Program-made: the position numbers and the translations under genes
From: an uncultured Nitrososphaerota archaeon
GTDB taxonomy: Archaea; Thermoproteota; Nitrososphaeria; Nitrososphaerales; Gagatemarchaeaceae
Length of the DNA: 64,000 nucleotides
Reading direction: 5' to 3'
Assembly (NCBI GenBank): GCA_963703285.1
Contig: OY969807.1
Span: 96,001 to 160,000 of the forward strand
The notes under the pieces: model-generated
Databases searched by the model: none
What the model was told of the DNA's origin: nothing
The model's input: the letters and a program-made list of their open reading frames with translations, nothing else
Shown here: in pieces, positions 57,455 through 64,000 of the stretch
How the letters are laid out: every line of letters starts with the position of its first letter
How positions within the stretch are numbered: position 1 is the first letter of the stretch

Positions 57455-58810
57455 GGTTCTGTTAAGTCTTCGGGTAATGCCCGAGGCTGTTAAACATCGG
57501 GCGATGACCGCCACTCAACTTGCTGGCATCGACTCTGAGGATTACCGTCCGCGTCGGGTTCCCCCTCATTGTTTCACTTGCCAGCCCTTTCTCCCTGGCC
57601 ACAAAATCAGCTTGTTGCGAGCGGCCTTGTGGCTTTGGACGGGAACTCGCGAACCTCGCAAGTCCCCTCTTGGATAGATTGAGGGCCGCGTTAACGTCCC
57701 TGTCCATCCATGTCTTACAGGTCTGACAACACAGCATCCTCTGATGCGCGACATCACCCTTCACAGGGCTGTGAGTCCTCTCCCCACACGCCGAGCACTC
57801 CGAGGAGGAGCCGTAGGTATCAGACTTGGTAAGCGGAATCTTGGTCAATCCTTTCCATGCGGCCTTGTATTCGAGCATCTGCTTGACCTTCCAGTGCGGC
57901 CACGAGTCAATCGGAATCGATAGTCCTCGCCCTGACCATTCCTTCTCCGATACATCTTCCTGATGCCGGTGAGGTCTTCGAGAGCGAGCGCCGCGCCATT
58001 TCTTGAGGCTGTATCAACGATGAAGTTCGTAGTCGCGTGGAGCATCTGATCTGTCCTGTTGTAACATCGCTTCCAGTATTTCCGAGAAAGTTGCCTCCTG
58101 ATTCTAACATCGTTCCTCTTGAACGACCCGACGATCTCTCTCGTCGTCTGCCGAATCTTCACGGCCTTCGTCATGTCCACCTGAATCACGCTATCCTTGT
58201 CTCCAAATGTGAGGTTCTTCTCATTCCTATCCACGCCATACACCGTCTTGACCGGCGCGGGTTCGACCTCCTCTGAGTAGCAGAACGAGAGATTGTCTGG
58301 TGTTATCGTGAGACTCCTCGTCTTTTTCCCTTCGAGAGTTTCAATCACGTGAGGATTGAGTTGGACATCGAAGTATCTGTCTCGCGCCAGAGGTAAGAAC
58401 AGCCTGCCCTTCATTGTAACAAAGAACCCTGAGATTATGCAAACTTTCTCCTTCAAAGGCTTCAGATGCTTCGTCTCAGCCTCCCGCTTCTCAGATTTTT
58501 TCCTGCTCGCCACGACCTCACATGCTCGTCCTATCGCCGCTGTCTTGTAGCACGAAGGCAGCTTCACATCCTTGAGTGTCCGATAGAACTCTTTCATCCC
58601 CTTCCTGTTATCTATCCCGTGCTCCTGAGCGTAGTTGACAGCGTTGTAGGTCAGAGTCAGGCACTCGCCGAGGAGGCCTCGTAGTTCTTCCCCATCAATT
58701 GACAGAGAGACAGACTTTGTAGCTCGCAATGACTAATCATACGACTATGGGATATAACCGCCACCCGGGGGGTTAACAGGCGAACTCATCACCAAGGACT
58801 TAACTGAAGC
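57455..58810. mobile_element. TIR-bounded, TSD-flanked element carrying tnpB
   Basis: GGTTCTGTTAAGTC 57455-68 vs GACTTAACTGAAGC 58797-810 (12/14); TTCTCTTC at 57447-54 and 58811-18. Confidence 0.85.
57462..58729 (-). pseudogene. tnpB: TnpB-family nuclease with 1-nt deletion near 57907 (decay or sequencing error)
   Basis: YGVDRN, LALEDL, (N)SWPHW, EYKA, CSAC/CQTC, MDRDVNAALN across two frames. Confidence 0.88.
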
Positions 58811-58856
58811 TTCTCTTCTTGAGCTTTTATACCTGCACCCGACCCCGCGTGCAGTT

Positions 58857-60092
58857 TTGCCTACGAGGATCGTAGTCCATTACGGCGAGATAGGGACCAA
58901 GGGGGCGAACAGACAGGTCTTCGAGGCAAGCCTTCGCAGAAACATCATCTCCGCCTTGCGCCCCGTCTCGCAGCCGAAGGTGAGGCTCGTCGAGAACCGC
59001 TTCTTCGTCGAGGTGGAGGAGGACGAGGCACCCGAGGCCAAGAGATTGCTCGCCAGAATCTTCGGCGTCGCCTGGTTCGCCCAGGTGCAGAGCGCCCCGC
59101 TGGAATACGCCGCAATAAGGGAGACCGCCGTCCGGGCTCTGTCCGGGAGCCAGAGCGGGACCACCTTCAGAGTCAGCGTCAGGAGGCCGAACAAGTCCTT
59201 CGAGATGAAGTCTCAGGAGCTGGCCGGGAAGCTCGGGGAGGACTTGATCGAGAAGCTCGGGATGAAGGTCGACCTCTCATTTCCCGACACGACGGTCTTC
59301 GTGGACGTAATCTCAAGGGAGGCGCTCGTGTACCGCGAGCGCCTCAAGGGACCAGGAGGGTTGCCGGTCGGCGTCAGCGGCTCGGTCATGCACCTCCTCT
59401 CCGGGGGGATTGACTCCCCGGTCGCGGCCTGGCTGATGATGAAGCGAGGATGCGCCCCCGTCTACCTGCACTTCTACGTGGCACCGAGTGTGGAACCCAT
59501 CCTAGAGAGCAAGATAGGGCGACTCGTCCGCATCCTCTCCCAGTACGGGGGCGGCTCACAACTCATCCTCATACCCTTCGCCCCCTACCAGCTCGCCACC
59601 ACCGAACTCCCTCCCGAGTTCGAGCCCACGGTCTTCCGGCGGTTCATGAGGATGGTTGCGGAGACCCTTGCCAGGAGCCTCGACCTCCCCGCCCTCTCCA
59701 CGGGCGACAACCTGGCGCAGGTAGCGTCCCAGACGCTTCAGAACATCGCTTGCATAGACAGTGGCAGCTCCATGCCCACCTTCAGGCCACTACTGGGATA
59801 CGACAAGGACGAGATAGTCAGGCTGGCGAGACAGATTGGCACCTACGAGGTCTCCATCGAGGACTACAGGGACTGCTGCTCAATCGTCTCGAGGCACCCC
59901 AAGACGAGGATGAAGATTGCAGACGTCGACGAAGCGTCAAGACGGCTGGACTTCCAAGGGCTCGCTGACCGCTCCGTCGCCATGGGTCACATAGCCTCGT
60001 TCCCGGAGGGCGCAGTTGACCTTAGGCCCCTTGGCGAGGTACTTGCGAAGACCCGACGAGAGGGCGAGCTCGGTCTCCAGCGTGCCCACTAG
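58857..60092 (+). CDS. thiI: tRNA 4-thiouridine synthase ThiI
   Basis: HYGEIGTKG.NR, THUMP domain, LLSGGIDSPVA, QVASQT, DCC. Confidence 0.93.
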   Translation: MPTRIVVHYGEIGTKGANRQVFEASLRRNIISALRPVSQPKVRLVENRFFVEVEEDEAPEAKRLLARIFGVAWFAQVQSAPLEYAAIRETAVRALSGSQSGTTFRVSVRRPNKSFEMKSQELAGKLGEDLIEKLGMKVDLSFPDTTVFVDVISREALVYRERLKGPGGLPVGVSGSVMHLLSGGIDSPVAAWLMMKRGCAPVYLHFYVAPSVEPILESKIGRLVRILSQYGGGSQLILIPFAPYQLATTELPPEFEPTVFRRFMRMVAETLARSLDLPALSTGDNLAQVASQTLQNIACIDSGSSMPTFRPLLGYDKDEIVRLARQIGTYEVSIEDYRDCCSIVSRHPKTRMKIADVDEASRRLDFQGLADRSVAMGHIASFPEGAVDLRPLGEVLAKTRREGELGLQRAH

Positions 60093-61294
60093 GTGGGGCT
60101 GCTGACCTGGAATTCCGTGACCCTCACCACCCAGAAGTTCGTCGAGGGGAAGGTCTGGGATATCCTCACGCCCTCGCTGGTGCCCGTCACCGGGGCGGTC
60201 ATGTACGTCTTGCCGTCGATCGCTACCGTGACCTGACTGCCGGAGACGGTTATCTGGAAGAGGTGCCAGACGAACGGGGACAGGCCGGTGCTCACCTCGT
60301 TCAGCCGACCCTCCTTCGTCCCGTTGGCGTAGCGCGCAAGCTCCAGCGTCCCGTCGGTGTGAAGCAGGACGTAGTAGAAGTTCTTCGAGTTCTGGTAGTC
60401 GAATATGATCCACTGGACCTCGTATGGGTGTGACCCTGCTACGATGGTCTGCATCCCGACGGTCAGCGTGTAGTCCGGCTGGCTGACGCTCTGGGCCAGG
60501 TCCACCCTCGTGACAGCCGGGATTCCGATTATGATCAGGACAACGAGGGCTATCGCCACGACCTCCCGCCTCCTCACGGAGAGGGGGGCGTGGAAGCTCT
60601 TGACCAGGGAAACGGGCCACATTATGAAGAGCCCAAGTACGACTCCGATGATCAGGGGTATGGGGATGGCCAGACCCGCGACGATCAGCGGGAAGTCGAC
60701 CTCCTGAGAGAAGAGCAGAGAGCCGAGCACTATCAGGAGGAACGAGAGGATGTTCACGACTCTCACCGTGCCGGCCGTCCCCAGCTTGGATGCAGTGGTC
60801 CTCCACGCGCCCTGGTTCCTGAGGCCGACCAAGAGCTCCCCCGAGACGCCGAACAGGAAGACCACGACTAGGCCGGCCCCGCTCGCCAGGCTGAACGCGC
60901 CCATGTATCCGAGCCAGAAGAGTAACGCGTACCTGGAACCGTGGAAGATTATGTCGAGGGGGGACTTCTCCCGCGCCTTCAGGAGCCTGGGGTAGTTGAC
61001 ATAGAGGAGCATCACGATTACCCCAAGCAGAATCTCGGCGGGCGGCAGCAGGAGGAGGATGACCAGCGAGAGGACCGCTAGAGGAACCGCGGCCCACCGC
61101 AGATGAGTAAAGAACCTCTCGTTCTCGCCCGCGAAGAGAGCGAACGCCTTGGAGCTGATGGCGAAAGAGACTACGAGGAGAGCGGGGAACCTGGTTGGCT
61201 GGAGCAGCACCCCGAAGAGGACCGCTATGACTACGTGTGCGAAGGACGTCAGCACGAAGTAGACGTCCTCCCTCGCGTCCGGCCTTTGCAACAA
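60089..61294 (-). CDS. UbiA-like multi-TM domain fused to C-terminal beta-sandwich
   Basis: PRLLK..PLDIIFHG, RTTASKLG; tail with NFYYV, WHLFQITVSG..V.IDG. Confidence 0.55.
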   Translation of the reverse strand: MLQRPDAREDVYFVLTSFAHVVIAVLFGVLLQPTRFPALLVVSFAISSKAFALFAGENERFFTHLRWAAVPLAVLSLVILLLLPPAEILLGVIVMLLYVNYPRLLKAREKSPLDIIFHGSRYALLFWLGYMGAFSLASGAGLVVVFLFGVSGELLVGLRNQGAWRTTASKLGTAGTVRVVNILSFLLIVLGSLLFSQEVDFPLIVAGLAIPIPLIIGVVLGLFIMWPVSLVKSFHAPLSVRRREVVAIALVVLIIIGIPAVTRVDLAQSVSQPDYTLTVGMQTIVAGSHPYEVQWIIFDYQNSKNFYYVLLHTDGTLELARYANGTKEGRLNEVSTGLSPFVWHLFQITVSGSQVTVAIDGKTYMTAPVTGTSEGVRISQTFPSTNFWVVRVTEFQVSSPT

Positions 61295-61317
61295 TCAGGG
61301 GCCGCTGGAGAGGCCGA

Positions 61318-61483
61318 TTAAAGTTTCCAGTATCCCGTTCCGCACGCGACCTCGAGGACGTCCATGCCCGCAAGGTTCTCCTGTAGGGCGCTCGAGATCC
61401 TGTCCAGCTCGGCCCTTCGCCGGGGTTCGTCCCATAAGTAGACCTCCTCGTGCTCGAAGGCCTTCTTTGTAGTAGTCTTCCAC
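61318..61483 (-). pseudogene. Class I SAM methyltransferase N-terminal remnant
   Basis: With one frameshift reads VEDYY..AFEHEEVY...LAGMDVLEVACGTGYW then stop. Confidence 0.65.
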
Positions 61484-61745
61484 GAAGGGGAAGATGAACC
61501 GGCCTGACTTCAAGCCTGCAAGGCGCCAGTCTTCTCAGGCCCCTGGAGCCTCTGCCGTCTCCGTTCGGGTTCGAGTCCCTCGTCCCCCTCGAGGGCTCAT
61601 TGAACAATTGAGCCACATACCACCAAAGACCGAGTGCTAACAAGACTACAGCCATTCGGTTATCGATTGACACCCATTCAGGGGGTCAGGAATTGGAGCC
61701 GCAGATTCATGAATGAGAGCCGCACGAACTCGTCGCGCGCGCCTG

Positions 61746-62960
61746 CTACGGAAGTCCCTCTGCTTCTTCGATGACCTTTACCCGCCGGAAGAAGATCCAG
61801 AACATGAAGATCGACACCGAATAGAAGATGGACGCTATGTAGAACGGAAGGCCGAGCATCCCGGCGTTCATCATCGCGCTGCCGACCACCGTGCTGAGCG
61901 AATTGGGGAGCCTCGACAGCGCAGCACTGATTCCTGCGGCGGCCCCCCTCTCGTCCCTGTCCACGAGCCCCATGATCAGCGATGTCCCCAGGGGGCTTGA
62001 CACGTTCATCATGAACGTCCTGAGTATGTAGATCCCTCCGGCGATCTCGAAGGTCGGGGAGAGCGGAACGGCGAGCATGAACACCATCGAGAGGCCCTGG
62101 GTGAGCACAATGGACTTCACGAGCCCGAACCTGCGGGCCAGGTTGGGCGCGCCAAGGGCGAAGGCAGCTAGGAGGAACCCAGAGATGCCGAGGACGGGCC
62201 CGCTGTAGGTATCGGGCACGCTGTAACGAAGGGTGAACCACTGCGTCATGAGCGGGACGAAGAGGCCGGCGCCGGTGGCGATGAGGACCGAGGTGACCAG
62301 GTACTTCACGAGGACACCCCGCGACCTTCTGGGCATGAACTCCCTGATGCCCTTCGACTTCGCCGAGGTCCTGGACTCGCTGATTCTGAACAGGAGCGGA
62401 GTGATGGCGACACTGAGCCCCGCTAGGATGAGATACAGCACCACGTGGGCCTGGGCAATGTCTAGCCCGAAAAGCTCGAAGACCAGCACCAATGGGATAG
62501 CGAATCCACTGAGCCCCCAGGCGATGTTCGAGAGAAAGAACGAAAGTGAAAACGCTGTCGTCCTGTTGGACTCCCCGGCCTTCTCTGCCAGCAATGCTGT
62601 CCCTGCCGCGGCGAAGGCCGCCTCGGTGCTGCCTTCAACCGCCGCGGCGAGAATCAGGACGATGGTGTTCGACGTCAGGGCGAACGCCGCCAGCATAACG
62701 CCGGCGAGCAGGTTGCCGACCACGATGAACTTCCTCCTTCCGTATCTGTCCGCCAGTATGCCGAATGGAAGGCTCGCGGCGACCATGCTGACCCCCATGA
62801 CCGTGATCACCGTTCCGGTGAAGACGATCGACAGCCCCTTCACAGTCGTAAGGAAGTAGGAAAGGTCGGTGTAGAGGAAGCCAAGTGCGAATCCTGGGAC
62901 GAAGCTCAGCACAATCAGTAGCTTGGCCTCCCGGGGGATCGACCTGTACTGCCTGAACAT
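61746..62960 (-). CDS. MFS transporter
   Basis: GILADRYGRRK motif A, ~12 TM. Confidence 0.92.
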   Translation of the reverse strand: MFRQYRSIPREAKLLIVLSFVPGFALGFLYTDLSYFLTTVKGLSIVFTGTVITVMGVSMVAASLPFGILADRYGRRKFIVVGNLLAGVMLAAFALTSNTIVLILAAAVEGSTEAAFAAAGTALLAEKAGESNRTTAFSLSFFLSNIAWGLSGFAIPLVLVFELFGLDIAQAHVVLYLILAGLSVAITPLLFRISESRTSAKSKGIREFMPRRSRGVLVKYLVTSVLIATGAGLFVPLMTQWFTLRYSVPDTYSGPVLGISGFLLAAFALGAPNLARRFGLVKSIVLTQGLSMVFMLAVPLSPTFEIAGGIYILRTFMMNVSSPLGTSLIMGLVDRDERGAAAGISAALSRLPNSLSTVVGSAMMNAGMLGLPFYIASIFYSVSIFMFWIFFRRVKVIEEAEGLP

Positions 62961-63425
62961 GGGGTCTGCGGGGCGAGGGCCTCGACACCTCGTATAAACG
63001 AGAAACGCGAAGAGGTAGTGATGCCTCTTCTCAGGCGCTGGATGCCTACAGTAGTCCTTCCTTTCTCAGCGCGCGCTCCGGTTTTGTGAGCCTATCTGGT
63101 CTGATTGACATTCACTCCAGCGTCGTCGCGACAAATTCCTCAGTCATTGTCGAGTACCAGTCCGTCGCCAATGATTCAAAGGAAGGGCGAGCCTAGGAAA
63201 AGACCATGAACAGCCGTCGTGTGCCGCAGGTCGGCTTGGTGGCCGGGAAGAGATGAATGAAGTTCAGCGGGGACTATTGGATGAGCTGACAGCGGCGGCG
63301 GAAGCATCTGTCAGACTGAGACTACTGATGGTCTTCCAATAATCCTGCTGTCAGAATGCGCACAAGTGTCTTGTCGCGCGCACAAGCGGACATGTATAAA
63401 TAGGGTCATAAGCCCCGTGCGGCCG

Positions 63426-64000
63426 ATGAAGGTCAAGGTAACGCTCGATCCCGAGGAGCTGCCGAAGAGCTGGTATAACATCCAGCACGACCTGCCGGAA
63501 CCTCTGCCCCCGCCGCTCGACCCCGGGACGTTGAAGCCCATGTCGCCGGAGCCGCTCCTGCGCCTGTTCGCCAAGGAGTGCATCATGCAGGAGGTCTCCA
63601 CCGACGAGTACATCCCCATACCCGAGGGCGTCAGGGAAGCCTACATCCGCCTCGGGCGTCCCACTCCCCTCTATCGTGCCACCCGGCTCGAGGCAGCACT
63701 GAAGACACCCGCCAAGATCTTCTACAAGAGGGAGGACCTCAACCCTGCGGGCAGTCACAAGCCGAACACCGCCCTGGCGCAGGCATACTACCACTCGAAG
63801 GAGGGCACCGAGCGCCTGACCACCGAGACCGGCGCCGGGCAGTGGGGCAGCGCCCTGGCGATGGCGTGCGCACTCTTCGATATCCAGTGCACCGTCTACA
63901 TGACCAGAAGCGCCTTCGTCCAGAAGCCCTACCGCAAGACCCTCATGGAGGTGTACGGGGCGAACGTCTTCGCCTCGCCGAGCAACGCCACCAAGGTGGG
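63426..64000 (+). CDS. trpB2: TrpB2-type tryptophan synthase beta (partial, runs off window)
   Basis: [36 protein letters not shown]; GTATAAATA at 63394. Confidence 0.92.
   Translation, partial: MKVKVTLDPEELPKSWYNIQHDLPEPLPPPLDPGTLKPMSPEPLLRLFAKECIMQEVSTDEYIPIPEGVREAYIRLGRPTPLYRATRLEAALKTPAKIFYKREDLNPAGSHKPNTALAQAYYHSKEGTERLTTETGAGQWGSALAMACALFDIQCTVYMTRSAFVQKPYRKTLMEVYGANVFASPSNATKV

Noticed and set aside
61567-61583. GGGTTCGAGTCCC T-loop-like motif as a tRNA or att site
   Set aside because: No acceptor, D or anticodon arms; does not match the 3' end of tRNA-Arg at 38587
59937-61673. 578 aa minus-strand ORF
   Set aside because: Arg/Pro/Gly-rich off-frame shadow of the 60089-61294 gene
63000-63390. 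Lower-GC spacer before trpB2 as a mobile remnant or attenuator
   Set aside because: No TIR/TSD pair, credible ORF or Trp-rich leader found

Overview
GC-rich archaeal chromosome segment. TBP, class I LysRS, ATP-dependent ligase, ABCE1, CDC48, an intron-containing tRNA, a box C/D sRNA and TATA-proximal starts all indicate Archaea; a non-ammonia-oxidising Nitrososphaerota-like lineage is my inference. Most genes are housekeeping or metabolic: a glycan-modification cluster, type IV pilus locus, peptide ABC transporter, heat-shock locus with an HSR1/Phr-type operator, CADD-folB-folK-folP folate cluster, TldD/PmbA, M1 aminopeptidase, ThiI and TrpB2. The main finding is a family of transposase-less elements with shared termini (GGTTCTGTTAAGT...), sub-terminal CTGTTAA repeats and 7-8 bp target-site duplications. 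One copy (57455-58810, TSD TTCTCTTC) carries a TnpB nuclease gene whose stop codon lies inside the inverted repeat. The other (45348-45848, TSD TGAGCTG[G]) carries a small Cys-rich membrane ORF. This suggests TnpB travelling in a DDE-type (IS6-like) TIR vehicle rather than an IS200/605 or IS607 element. Also present: a conventional IS605-type TnpB element whose right end overlaps the TBP stop codon, and a candidate SipW/TasA-like fibre operon beside tRNA-Arg. Three single-base insertions (lig, cdc48, tldD) are probably sequencing errors. All calls are by eye; no searches were run.
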